Part shown: positions 43,822-56,770 of the stretch, piece by piece | Position numbering within the stretch: the first letter of the stretch is position 1 | How the letters are laid out: each line of letters begins with the position of its first letter | Source of the DNA: the human T2T-CHM13v2.0 reference genome, Homo sapiens | Assembly (NCBI RefSeq): GCF_009914755.1 | Contig: NC_060932.1 | Strand: one strand, 5' to 3' | DNA: 64,000 nucleotides | Notes under the pieces: generated by a model | What the model was told of the DNA's origin: nothing | Database searches by the model: none | The model's input: only the letters and a program-made list of their open reading frames with translations | Translations under genes and position numbers: made by a program

Positions 43822-44097
43822 TTCCCCCACACTCTCATTTTCAACACAAAGAAGCAAATGTTCAATGTGATATAGTTATTGTACAAAATCACTTGACTAA
43901 TTAATAATACATGTATGACAGGAATCTCCTTCAGGAGTTTCTGCCATTGTCCTCTGTAGTTCATCAGTGTAGGAAACAATACTGAATAAATCAAGCTCCC
44001 CAGTTAGATTTTCCTTGGTTATGCACAATGATACATTAACCTAATAGTGATCACATTTGAAGGACTGAAGTTCTGATTAGCCTCCATTTTATGGATT

Positions 44098-44803
44098 TGT
44101 AACCACCCAACAGGTTTTCCTTATCTGCTGCCCACATAGAGCCGATTTATCAAGACAGAGGAATTGCAATAGAGAAAGAGTTTAATTCACGCAGAGCCAG
44201 CTGAATGGGAACCAGAGTTTTATTATTCAAATCAGTCTCCCCGAGAATTCAGAGACTGGGGATTTTTAAGGATAATTTGGTAGTAAGGGGCCAAGGAGTG
44301 GGGAATACTGATTGGTGGGGTCCGGGATGAAATCATAGGGCATCAAAGGTTCCTCTTGCTGTATTCAGTTCCTAGGTGTGACCACAAGACTGGTTGGGCC
44401 CGGTTACCAGTCTGGGTGGTGCCAGCTGGTGCATCAGAAGGCAGAGTCTGAAAAATATCTCAACCACCAACCAGGTTTTACAATAGTGATGTTTTCCCTA
44501 GGAGCAATTGGGGAAGTTTAGAATCTTGTGGCCTCTAGCTGTGTGTCTCCTACACCGTGATTTCTAATCTTGTGGCTAATTTGTTAGTCTTACAAAGGCA
44601 GTCTGGTCCCTGGGCAAAAGGGGGTTTGTTTTGGTAAAGGGCTGTTGTCATCTTTGTTTCAATGTTAAACTATAAATTAAGTTCCTCCCAACGTCAGTTT
44701 GGGCTATGCCCAGGAATGAACAAGGGCAGGTTGCAGGTTAGAAGCAAGATGGAGTCAATTAGGCCAGATCTCTTTCACTGTAATTTTTGCAAAGGTGGTT
44801 TCA
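44098..44803 (-). mobile_element. LTR8/LTR8A (ERV1) solo LTR
   Basis: The minus strand begins tgaaaccacctttgcaaaaattacagtgaaagagatct...gactccatcttgcttctaacc, like the LTR8 5' end; the other end is ggttaca. Confidence 0.88.
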
Positions 44804-45979
44804 TATCCACATACTATACTTGAGCAGTCATAAATGTACAGACAAGAAACTGTTCTTCAACAATAAGAAGGCAATAATCTCTCACTTTAAATCCTTGCAG
44901 TTATTGGCATGGCATAGCTAAAATGATGAGGGGGCGCAAAGAGGGGGAGCAGTAAGGAAGAGGCAACCCAAATTACTTGAATATGCAGCACGTGTCCCTT
45001 GTGAGATGGTGCTCATAATTTTTTTTCTTTTCATCATCTATGTTGAGGACAATCGACAGTTTTGTTAGTCACAGAATGGTAGAAGCAATCGCTTAATTTT
45101 TTCAACTCATGTAGCTAGGCTTGTCATGTCCTCCTGACAGTTCTGCCACATTTCCAAAAGTCGCAAATGCTTTTCTAGCAGGAAAATGAGTGGGTTTTTC
45201 CTCCCTACCCCACCTCCGCAGGCCTGCTGTCACTAGGCTCATTCCCACAGACTACCTTGACAAGTTCTGGAAGCAAATCAAAGGAAAGAAACCCCTGACC
45301 CCGGCCCCCAGCGCTTGCCAGCACATATCCTGCCAGCTTCCGCAGGCTGGCGTGAGCAATCACAGGCATGTTTCTGCTTTAGCGACCCCTGACTCCTGCA
45401 CAAATCTCCTCTGAAATTTGTCCAGGAAAAAGAGCCGGAACTATAGACTTAACTTCTGTCCCTACTGTACAGATTTCATTAGAAAATCCACTTGAAAAAA
45501 CCTCCCCTCTCCATGATCAATCTGTACACAAAGGCAGCAATTGAGCCTCATGCCTGGAAATCAAAGTGTGGATTATTGAATATCAAAGCGCACCATGGGG
45601 TACCCCAGCCCTCCGGCCTGCTCCTCTCCTCCCTCCCTAGGCTTCCCTCCCTTTCCTCTGACAGCTTCTACCTGGATGCCCAAACCTCCTGGATTGTTTT
45701 CTCACTCATAATTAAATTCAGAATGCATCTGGTTCACAAACGATCCTTGGTAACAATCAACAAGTGCTTACTGAGCACCTACTATGCGCCAGGCATTCTG
45801 TCTATCTCTGAGGATTTAAAAATTAATAAAACCCAGCCCTTGCTTACAGTCTTGAGACTGAGAAAGAAATAGAAAGAAAGCAAACAAAATTGTATATACA
45901 GTTTTAGTGCAACCAAATAAGGGCTATAACAAATATCTAAGTTGTATTTGTTTTTCCTAACTTACTGTGTATGTGACCC

Positions 45980-46160
45980 AAAGACTTGGGTTTTTGAGAT
46001 CTAAAAAGAAGCATTGAAATCTCAGCTCTGCTATATAATATTGGGGAAAATTACTTAGTTTCTCTAGGCCTCTATTTCCTCATCTGTGAAATGGACATTA
46101 AAATGATACTAAGTTAAAAGAATCTGTGTGAAACTTAAATGAGATAATATTTGTGCTTGC
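45980..46160 (+). mobile_element. MIR SINE
   Basis: gcctctatttcctcatctgtgaaatggacatta. Confidence 0.75.
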
Positions 46161-46215
46161 CTCCTATAAATCCTAAAGAACCTATGGAGGAGGTTTAGGA
46201 ACCTCCAGCTTTGTG

Positions 46216-46625
46216 CAGTGTCTGCACAAGGCCCTGCTCAGAATGTCTGTTACATCGAACAGAAAGGGGAAGACAAGAACATGCTCCAGAAATGGAGGAG
46301 AGGCTGAGCCTTCCCTTCTTCACCCTGGAAAGATAAAGTCCTATGTCAGTCCTATGGGGGAGGGTCTGGCAGTCTGTTGCTCACAGCAAGTAAAAAGCCA
46401 GAACTGTGTGTACCAGAGGCCCTAGGTTAAGCCTAAGCTGTTCTCTTCTCATAGCTGGTTAGGCCTAAAGGATGGATTGCGGTGAGGAGGAGCCACGAGT
46501 CTATTTCGTGGCTTGTACAGCAAGAGAGCCAGGAGCTAGGCACACGTTGGATCCACACAGAGCCCATTCCCAGGTCAGAGGAGAGTCTGAGGCTACCCAG
46601 GAGCCTTTTCTGTGTTGGGCTGCCA
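46216..46625 (+). repeat. Copy A of an unassigned ~410-bp direct repeat
   Basis: Aligns by eye to 48197-48615; the first 134 bp are ungapped with 15 mismatches. Confidence 0.93.
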
Positions 46626-48196
46626 CCTCGGCCCCCCGCACCTGCCACCTGAGCCTTACAGAGAGGGCGCTTTAAGAAACAAAAGAGCCACTTCCACAAT
46701 AAATCTCACTGAGCTACAACACAAGGCAGTCCTACACTGAGACAGAAGCAATGGCAGGTGACCCAAAAGTGGAGGAGGGGTCTCCCCACTCCACTGAGGA
46801 GCATGACAAGGCTTCTGCAGCACAGCCATGGCAGTGCTCAGTGATCTGGGGCTGGCCCAGCTATGGCTTGGTGGTGAGGCAACTTAGCCTCAGAGGCCTG
46901 GGCTAAGGACATCGTCTCAGGAATCCAGAGCCCAGACCAGAGCAGGAGACCAGGAAAAGGGCAGGTGGCATGGCGACAGAGCCGAGGTTCTAACCACACA
47001 GAAGCCACCATCTGAGCTTCCCAGAGACTGGGAGAGAACTCTCAGGGGACCTGGTGGGAGGGAATCAGAGCTACAAAAAAAGCAAAATCCCTGCTGTTAC
47101 TGTGACTTTGTTTTTGTGCCCTCAGGTTGGAGCAGCCTGCAACACCCAAATTGCAGCTATTTACTCTGAGGTGTGTTAAAAGTATATTCCTAAGAGCAAA
47201 TCTGTTGTCATGTAAATTCCATCTGGGGAGTAAAGGAAAAGCAAAGGAAACCCTGCGCCTCATCTCCCTGCCTTGCCGAGGGTGTTTTACGGGTGAGGCT
47301 AAAGGTCAGGAGTCTATTGCAGTGACAGAGGAGGGACACCCAGAGGTGGATGTGGGCAGGAAGGGAGCAGGAGAAAGGATGTCCTGAGATAGGAATGGGG
47401 CTATGCAGGAAGAGAACATGGAAACTATTAACTGGCAAAGAAGTGCAGGGCAAGGGCCTGGATGTACTTGCTATTCCAAAACTGCCCTGAAGAAATCCAA
47501 CTTTATGTCTTTAATTAGGACCGTGGTGCAGACAGCCTGTAGGGTGAGTGGATAGCCATACCACAAAGCACAAGCTCTCTCTGTCCATTGCTGAAGGACG
47601 TGAGGCATTGCTCTTGTGGCCGGGATCATGATTAGGCTCCTGCTGGCTGGCTCCCGCTGGAAGCACAGATCTGAAGGAACGCACATCACAACCTCCAAAG
47701 TCAAACATCTGGGCCTTTAGAAGAAGATAGGCTGTCAAGAAGAGTTAGCTGGGAAGCTTTAATAGAGCAAAAAACTGAAAAGCCCAGCTGTGGAGCCAAG
47801 CATCCAGTTAGCTCTGATTCTTGCTTGAAGCCTGTTCAAACAGAAGCCCTTTCATTCTTGATGTAGAAAGGACAGCTTTGCTCGAACTTTCTGCCATTAA
47901 TTTATCTGCACTGTTGAAAAGAGGAAGTCTTTCTTTCCCCAACAAAAACAAAGCATTCTTCCTCATATTTGTGCAATAATGGAGCCCAGATCAGGCAAAG
48001 GCTCACCGTGGGCCTGGGATTGGAAACCAGGTACTCACAGATGAGTCTACGCTGCTCACTGCTGAGTAGCTTCCCTGAAATATTTTCCTTTACTCCCAGA
48101 ACAAAGCCCTCTTCCTCTGAAACAGCAATTTCACAGAGTCCAAGAGCCCAGAGAGCAACTGGCCTTATCCACTTCATTTCCCCACTGCGCTCAGCA

Positions 48197-48615
48197 CAGT
48201 GTCTGCACAAAGCCCCACCCACAATGTCTGTTACATTGAAGAGAAACGGGAAGTCAAGAAAATGCTCCAGAAATGGAGGAGACACTGAGCCTTCCCTTCT
48301 TCACCCTGGGAACGTAAAGTCCTATGTCAGCAGTCAGCAAAGTATTACTGTTAACTACACAGCAAGTGCAAAGGCAGAGCTGTGTGCAGCAGGGGCCCTC
48401 GGTTGAGCCTAAGCTGTTCTCTTGCAGGTCTTGTTATGCCTGGAGGAGGGACGGGGATGGGTAGCCACAGATCTATTTCCAGAGACATGGGGATTCAGCA
48501 TGTACCCCAAAAGAGCCAGGAGCCAGGCATACACATTGGATCCACATAGATCCCACCCCCAGGTCAGAGGAGATTCTGAGGCTACCCAGGGGCCTTTTGT
48601 GTATTGGGCTGCCTC
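48197..48615 (+). repeat. Copy B of an unassigned ~410-bp direct repeat
   Basis: Shares tgctccagaaatggaggaga, ctgagccttcccttcttcaccctgg, agcctaagctgttctctt, cccaggtcagaggaga and tctgaggctacccagg with copy A. Confidence 0.93.
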
Positions 48616-48830
48616 TTACTGTAAGAGGACAAAGCGAATATGTTAGGTTTTATGGGCCAAAAAGCAAAATCAAAGATATTATCATATGTGTACATAACAA
48701 GAATGAAACATATTTTTATAATTTTATCCAATCATTTAAAAATGTAGAAACCATTCTTAGCTCTTGAGCACCACATAAGAACAGGCAGCTGGCAGATTTA
48801 GCCTGCAGGTCACAGTTTGCCAACTCTGGC
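48616..48830. mobile_element. MER58C-like MITE
   Basis: catttaaaaatgtagaaaccattcttagctc...agtttgccaactctgg. Confidence 0.7.
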
Positions 48831-49342
48831 CTATGTCCTCAGCTACTTCACCAAGGTCCCCCTGCCTTTTTCGTGTTTTAAATGTCTGACTTACTGAGTT
48901 TTATTTGACCAAGGCAGAGTAGAATAAGATGCAATGACTTGACATCAATTTAATTTCCACATCATTAAATGCTCTTGTTCAACTTATGTTCAAACAGCCA
49001 ATACACACAAAATGAAATTTAGCTCCTTATCCACACTAGCTGAGCCTCTTTTAAAATGCAAGTAGAATGTTTGGAAAACCACAGAGTTTTCACCTAAGGA
49101 AGGTTACCAAAGTTTTTAAAGTTCCTGAGACATGATAAAGTATCGGGGAAAGGAATTATCCAGAACCACATCCGTAAACTATTAGAATAAACAATAATGA
49201 CCAGATAGAGTGATCATGCTCTTTAGAATCATATTCACCTCAGTTCAAGAGCCAGCTCTGCCTCTCACCACCTGTGTTACCGTGGGCAAGTTACTTAACC
49301 TCTCTGAACCTCACTTCTTCTCTGGTACAAAGAAAATAGCCC

Positions 49343-49617
<275 letters not shown>

Positions 49618-50910
49618 GAAAAATAGCAAAGCCTATTCTCTTGCAGGATTAAAAATAACACGGGAAAAGCAGAAGATCCATGGATATTTACTAAATGATA
49701 GCTATTATTTCCAATAGACTTTTAGCGGCAAGGACGCTGGGTACTATATGGCCTATCTCTTGGCAGGTTACACCTTCCATGATGGAATGTGAGAAGTGGT
49801 TGGGCAGCCCCACACTCCCCACAAAATATATTTCTCCACGAGCATCCTATGGTATCATAAACTTCTGTTTTTCTCAATCTTTTGGGAAAAGGTATTTAAA
49901 ACAAACTTTAGCTAAGCGTCATTGATATTAATACTATCTAAGGAAGAACTTTATTTATACAATTTCATGTAATCCTTGCTGCAACCCTGGAAGGTGATCA
50001 AGGCAGATGTTGTCTCTAGTTCATAAATCAGAAAAACAAACAAAAAATTGAACTTGGAGTCAGAGAATCTAAGGTTGAATCTCAAGTGTGTCAAGTTTTG
50101 CAACATAAAACTCCAGCTTGTTATTTTACCTCTTTTAGCCTCAGTTTTCTTATCTGTAAAATGAGTTTCTGGCATTATGAGAGATTTTTATTTGAAATGT
50201 CTGCCACAGCATCTGGAACACGGCAGGGGTGAATACATACTAGTTTAAACTGTATTGCTGAATGACAAAATCAGATTGCAATGGAGTGCATTGACATACA
50301 CTTCTTCAGGCCATTGCTGATAAGAAATGTATCAGACAAAATGACCTAAAAGTCTCATTGTCTGTGCAAAAATGATTCTCAGGGGTCTGGTAAATTCTTT
50401 CCATCTCTGAATGCACAAAATTGCTGCCAAATCCCAGAGTCTGCTGACCTGTTTGGAATGCTTTGGTCAGACTAATAAAGACAGTCTTGGATTCTCAATA
50501 CTTTCCCCTTTTTGCAGTCAATCTGGAGAACTGATGCTTCTCTACCACACTACCCGGTGTGTCTCACTCTATTAGTGAGTGACCTGCAACTTAGGGAAGA
50601 TGCATAGAACAAATACCTGATCTCCTCCCAGTAATGCCTTATAGGAATGCATGTTTAAAAATTACCCATTTAGCAAAATTTTCCTGAACACCTACTACAT
50701 ACCAGGCATGTGCTAGACACAACAAATACAAAAATGTGTAAGACCAAGCCACGCCCACAGCCTAGTGGGCAAGACAGGTTTGTAAACAGGTACAATACAA
50801 TGTGGTAATGGCTATAATAAAAGGAAGATTGAAGTGCTAAGAAAATAACTAATTTTTCCATGGAGATTTAAAGAAGATTTCACGTAGAAGAAAGCATTGA
50901 CCTTGGATGT

Positions 50911-51288
50911 TGACATGGTTTGGCTGTGTCCCCACCCAAAATCTCATCCTGAATTGTAATCCCCATAATCCCCAAGTGTCATAGGCAGGACCAGGTGGAG
51001 GTAATCGGATCATGGGGGCAGTCTCCCCCATGCTGTTCTCATGATAGGGAGTGAGTTCTCACGAGATCTGATGGTTTTAGAAGTGCCTGGCATTTCCCCT
51101 GTTTGCACTCACTCCATCCTGCCACACTGTGAAGAAGGTGCCTGCTTCTTCTTTGCCTTCTACCATGATTGTAAATTTCCTAAGGCCTCCTGAGCAACGC
51201 AGAACTGTGAGTCAATTAAACCTCTTTCCTTTATAAATTACCCAGTTTCAGGTATTTCTTTGTAGCAGCGTGAGAATGGACTAATACA
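50911..51288 (+). mobile_element. THE1D-like MaLR solo LTR within L2
   Basis: tgacatggtttggctgtgtccccacccaaa...gagaatggactaataca. Confidence 0.92.
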
Positions 51289-51559
51289 GTTGCAAAGGAT
51301 GAATGAAAGTTTTTGAGGTGAAGCAGAGGGTCTCCAAGGAGAGGAAATAATGCTAACGAAGGCCCAAAGTGTTTAGTGAGATGAGACTGGGAAAAGTCAG
51401 TCCCTACCACTTGATTTGAGAAGCAGGTGATTTTGGCTATAAGTAACAGAAAACCGTAGCTCACAATAATGTAAATGATAAGGACATATTCCTTGATGTC
51501 TGAAAGTGCACACTGAGTATCCTGAGTGGATGAATTCAGCTGCTCAGCTTGTTTTAGTA

Positions 51560-51960
51560 ACTCTCAGTAGCTTATTCTGTATAATAAACAGAACAATTTT
51601 GAAATTTCAGTTGCTTACAGTAGCATATGTTTATTTCTTGTTCATGAAATTTTTCAACTGGGCTTGACTGGGCTCTGCTGGACTCAGCTAGGCTTAACCA
51701 GGCTCAGTGAGTCTGAGGTTAATTCAACATTTATTTCTTCTCATTTTGGGGCCTGGGCTGCAGGAGTTGACAACAGAGCATGCTATTGTCAAAGAAGCAA
51801 GAGGCCAGCCATACCACACAATCACACTTAAATCTTCTGCTCAGGATGGGCAAATGGAACATCTGTTTACAGTCATTGGCACAAGCATGTCACCTGGCCC
51901 ATGCCAAAGTCAGCAGTGTGGGTCAGTGTGGCAAAGGTGGGGCAGGATCAAAGAACTGTA
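51560..51960 (-). mobile_element. MLT1J-like LTR
   Basis: atttcagttgcttacagtagcatatgtttatttcttgttcatg...gtcattggcacaagcatgtcacctggcc. Confidence 0.55.
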
Positions 51961-51967
51961 AAATAGT

Positions 51968-51969
51968 GG

Positions 51970-52000
<31 letters not shown>
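51968..52000. repeat. (GAT)n microsatellite
   Basis: About 10 GAT units. Confidence 0.95.
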
Positions 52001-52012
52001 ACAATCTGTTAC

Positions 52013-52315
52013 TGCTGTTATCTGAATGTTGGTGTTCCCCTTAAAATTCACATGTTAAAACCTAATACCCAATGTAATAGTAGTAAGAGGTGGGCCTGTT
52101 GGAAGGTAATTAAGTTATGCAGGCTCTCCCCTCACAAATGGGATGAGTGCCTTTATAAAAGAGGTTGAAGGGAGCTGCGTTTCCTCTCCCACCATGTGAG
52201 GCTGCAGCAAAAAGACACCATCTATGAGGAAGAGGCCCTCACCAGACACTGAATCTGCTGATGTCTTGATCATGGACTTTCCAGCCTCTGGAACTATGAG
52301 AAGTAAATTTCTGTA
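52013..52315 (+). mobile_element. MSTD-like MaLR LTR
   Basis: ctgaatgttggtgttcccc...ggccctcaccagacactgaatctgctg...ccagcctctggaactatgag. Confidence 0.8.
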
Positions 52316-52799
52316 AAACAATTACCATCATCAAAAATCTTGACTCTCTCTGCCTGTCTTCTCAGCCATCCACAGAACTGGCTTCATCCTGAGGCTGCTA
52401 ATAGAAACTGGGACTATAGTCTTCCTGGTTCACCTCCAGCCCAGAATGGAATTCTTGGTTTGGGTCTGATAGAACCATTTTAGGTGATGTCATGTCAGGT
52501 CCCTGAATCAGTGACAGCCACCAAGGACTGTCATGTTCTGATTGGCTGAGACTAATTAGGACCTATCCGTACAGCGGGGGTGAGGCTAGCCTCCCTTGAG
52601 TACCTGAGAAGCGGGTAGATACATGAGGGAATCAGAATTCTGTTAGGAAGAAAGATGTAAAAAAAAAAAATGAATTCTGGGTCAGCAGCTTGCAATGTGC
52701 CCCATGTAAGCATGTTAATGACTCAAAGTTTAATTCTGTAGGACGTAAGGAGCCTACAGAGCACAGACATGACAAGATCTGATTTTAGGAGGTGTCACT

Positions 52800-53740
52800 C
52801 TCTCTTCATTTTTCTCCCACCTCTCTGATCACCTCTCAGTGTCCAAGGTAGATTCTACTCTCTCTCCACTTACAGGTGTTGCTACTTTTCCAAGTTTCTA
52901 TCCTGAGGCCTCTGCTCATCTTTCTAAGACTTCAACTAGCATCTTATGCTAATGATTCTAAATCAATACTGTTAATACTGACTTCTCTCTAAAGCTCCAA
53001 AGGTCTGTTTGTAACTGGCAGTGGTCTTCTCCACCTCCCCGTGTCTTTGTTATTGGCACCCTATTCACCTGGATGCAGAATCCTGGGAGTTTCCCTAGAC
53101 TTTCTTCTCTTGGACCTCAAAATCGATCAGTTATTATGTGCTATCTTTTATGCCCCTGATATCTGTGTCTGTGCTTGATTAGTGATGTCCTCAATGGTCT
53201 CCCTCCTCCTTGTTTTAATCTACTTCAAGCCATTCTCCACCCTGCAAACAGGGAGATCTTTCTAAAATACAAGTCTCATCTTGACACTTCCCTACCGAAA
53301 TGGCCTGTCGTCATATTCACATCATAGTCCACACCTCTGAGCATGGCATTTAAGGCTCTTCATGATCTTGATCCTCTACACCTCTTTATCCTCATCTCCC
53401 ATTGTCCCCTCCCCCCAACAATCTGGCCGTGCTAAATCATTGCAGCCCAGGTTTCTTGCACCTGCATGCTTTCATTAATGCGTTCCCCAGCCCCTTGTCT
53501 TCCTGGCTCACTTCTACTCAAGCAATAGCCCTGGCTCCGGGGTCACCACCTCTGTGCTGTTACTATTCCTTTTGCTCTTCTTCTTCATAGAAATCACCCA
53601 AATGTGTTGTAATTGTATGCTCACTTGCCTATTCCCCTCAGTAAGCTCTACTTGAAGGTAGGGTCTTTAGCTTCACCATCTCTGCATCCTTAGCACCTGA
53701 TGTAGGATCTAGTACATGTTTGTCATATGAATGAATGAGA
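52800..53740 (+). mobile_element. L2 3' region
   Basis: tatgctaatgattctaaatc...gatctttctaaaatacaagtctcatc...atgaatgaatga. Confidence 0.75.
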
Positions 53741-54048
53741 CCTAGAGAGATCAATTTATTCTTTTGAAGTTATTCATTCATTCGTTCATTCATTCAATAA
53801 ATATTAGTTGAGTGTGTACTCTATGCCAGGTATTATTCTGGGTATTAAGGATGTAACATTGAATAATACTGCTATCACAAAGCAGACATTCTGTGGGAGA
53901 AAGGGAGTTATACTCTAGTAGAGTTTACACTGATACAAAGAGGCAAAGATGGAAATGGAATTAAAAAACAGAATGTCCAGTCTGTTCACTTGTTTCCTCA
54001 TTTATTTAGTTTAATGAGCAACTCCCTGCCAGCCATTTTATTCTTTTC

Positions 54049-54051
<3 letters not shown>

Positions 54052-54086
<35 letters not shown>
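54052..54086. repeat. (CA)n microsatellite
   Basis: About 17 CA units. Confidence 0.95.
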
Positions 54087-54089
<3 letters not shown>

Positions 54090-55067
54090 CAAATACTGGT
54101 TTAGCATCTGTGTCTTCTCTCCCTACCCCCAGCCACCGCCCCCCACCCTGCCCGCTGACAAAATTATAAGCAATGTGAATTACTTAGTAAATATTTGTTG
54201 AATTCATGATATTTGAACAGATGGTTAACTATGAAAGGCTGGGAAGCAAGGGACAGAGTCTGCCCCTTCAATATGTTCTGATATGTCTCAATTTGTGAAG
54301 AATAAGTTAGAAACAAAAGTAAAACTCAAACTATAACTGCCATTCTTCACACACTCTTGTTTAGAGGACAGTGAAGCCATTTCCTAGGTCAGATTCTCTT
54401 CCATCGAGTTGGGCACCTGTGAATTTTGCAGAGCTTTGACCACCTCGTTCCTGAGCCCTGGAGCCAGTCGCATCCTCCGACCTTCCCTCTCAGAGACAAG
54501 AGCCACAAAGGACGTGATGAGCCAATGAGGCTCCTTTCACATGGAATGCAGGGATTCCCCTACGCCTGGAATGGTGCATCCAGCCAGCACCAAGGGGACT
54601 GAAATTTCCCCATGGGGCCCCTCGGGCTCTAGTGAACTCTTTCCAAGGAAAAATTCTTGACGTTCCATCTTCTCTCTGGAAACTCTGGCACAAATTCTGC
54701 CTGTCCCCAGTGGAGACATGCACGCCATTGTGATCTCGCAGAGTCCCATCTGGAGTTTTAAATCCCTCTTATGTGGGAGCAGAATGACTGGGCTATTCTC
54801 CCAGCCTGAGCCCTCTTCTTTGAAATTGATGGAAAATTTATATCAAATTCCAAGTTCCTCCCAAGGGCTCTTCTGTTTCCCGTCAGGACTGCTCTGTCCT
54901 TATTCTCTGATTAAGGGACACGTAGCTAAGGCTTATGGGGTGCAGGTAGCCCCAACACTAAGCCCATGTATTTCTTAGAGTCAACAACTCTTAAAACTGG
55001 AAACAACCTAAACTTAAAGATTCACAGCTGCTTCTTATTCAACAGATAAGAAAACTGAACCTCAGAT

Positions 55068-55446
55068 TTGCTAGTCAGCTCAGGACACTGGCACAAAATA
55101 CCACAGGTGGGGGGCTTAACAGAAATTTATTTTCTCACAGTTCAGGAAGGTAAAAGCCCAAGTTTTCAACAGTCTTGGTTCCTTCTGCCGCCTTTCCCCG
55201 TGGCCTCACATGGCCTTTCCCCCATGCTCAGGCATCCCTGAGGTCCCTTTTTTGTGTCCAAGTTTCCTCTTCTTGAAAGGACATCAGTCCTACTAGGTTA
55301 AGTCCTACCCTCATGGCCTCAGTTTACTTTAATTACCTCTTTAAAGGGCCTATTTCCAAATACAGTCATATTCTGTGGTTGGGGTGGTGGGGGGGTTAGG
55401 GCTTCAACATATGAATGGTGGTGGGGACACAACTTGGCCCATAACC
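55068..55446 (-). mobile_element. MLT1A/B-like MaLR solo LTR
   Basis: aacagaaatttattttctcacagttc...aattacctctttaaagggcctatttccaaatacagtca...ggggacacaac. Confidence 0.85.
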
Positions 55447-55489
55447 CTAGGAAGCTCGTAGGTTTCCCCAGGCCATCCCACAACTGTCT

Positions 55490-56235
55490 GGATCTCAACA
55501 TCCAAGTCTCAGAGGGACTCTCTCTCTCGCCATCAAATTCAATGTTACACCCTCTCACACACTTTGTCCCCAAAACCCTATTTTGTTTTCTTCATAACCC
55601 TCACCATTTTTCACCCTGAGAAAAGCTACATGTAAGGCTTTAGAAGAAAACCCAAACTCCTTATCTTAGCCAACAAAGCCCTAATCAGACGGAGTCCCTG
55701 CTACCCTCCCCAGTATCAGCTCCATCACACTCTCCCCCTCTGCTGCTACCTTCCGAACATCTTGACCTGCCTTCTGTCCCTTGAAAGAACATGCCAACCT
55801 CTTTCCCACATGAGGGCCTTTGCACTTGCTGTTCCCTCAGCACAACATGCCCTTTCCTTGCACAGTTTCTTGCCATTCAAATGTAATCTTAATTATCACC
55901 CCTTCAGAAAGGCCTTCTGTGACCAGCAAACCTAAAGCCACCACCCGGTTACACGTAATTGTGCCAACACACCTGAAATTTCTGCATAGCAGTCATCGCC
56001 TCCTGACAATTTCCTTGTTACTAATTTGTTTACCTGTTAATGTCCAACTCTGCCTCTCCTCTGCCCTCCACCCCACACCTAGAATGGAAGTGACAGGAGA
56101 GCAGGGGCTTTCTCTGTCTTGTTCGGAACCATATCCTCTGTGCTTCCAACTGTGCCTGGCCCCTTGTAGGTACATTAGTACGTCTAATAATTCAGAAATA
56201 TTATTTTAAAAATGATACAATACATGAATGAATGA
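55490..56235 (+). mobile_element. L2 3' region
   Basis: agggcctttgcacttgctgttccctc...gtgcctggc...atgaatgaatga. Confidence 0.75.
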
Positions 56236-56244
56236 TGAGCTAGG

Positions 56245-56770
56245 CCAGATTTTCTCAATTGCCATACTGTTGACAGTCTGGGTGAGGGTTACACACTGCA
56301 GGTTTGTGTCCCCAAAATTAATGAGTTGAAACTCTAACCCCTAATGGGATGGTATTTGGAGGTGGGGTTTTTAGAGGTAATTAGGTTTAGATGAGATGAT
56401 CATGAATGAGATTAGTCTCCCCCGTGGACACAAGGGGAAGGCAGCTGTCTACAAGCCATGAAGTAGCCCTTTCTAGACACGAAACCTGCCAGCACCCTCA
56501 CTTCCCAGCCTCCAGACCATGAGAAATAAATATTGTTGTTTGAGCCACTTGTCTATGGTATTCTATGACAGCAGCCCAAACTGACTAGGACAGCTGGATT
56601 GCTCCCTGTTGTGGGCGCTGTCCTGAACTTTGTAAGATATTTAGCAGCATTCCTGGCCTCTACCCCCTAGATGTCAGTGACACCCACTCCCCAGTCATGA
56701 CAACAAAAATGTCTCCAAACACTGCCAAATGTCCCCTGGTGGGGGAAACATCACCTCAGTTGAGAACCAT
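56245..56770 (-). mobile_element. MER20 split by an MLT1A LTR
   Basis: cagattttctcaattgccatactgttgaca [LTR] ...agcagcattcctggcctctacc...aatgtctccaaacactgccaaatgtccc...ttgagaacca. Confidence 0.85.
56295..56591 (+). mobile_element. MLT1A-like LTR nested in MER20
   Basis: tttgtgtccccaaaatt...ggtaattaggtttagatgag...gcagcccaaactgactaggaca. Confidence 0.82.

Noticed and set aside
46213-48646. Paralogous short ORFs in the two direct-repeat copies as a duplicated protein gene
   Set aside because: The similarity follows the DNA duplication; indels shift frames between copies and I recognise no domain
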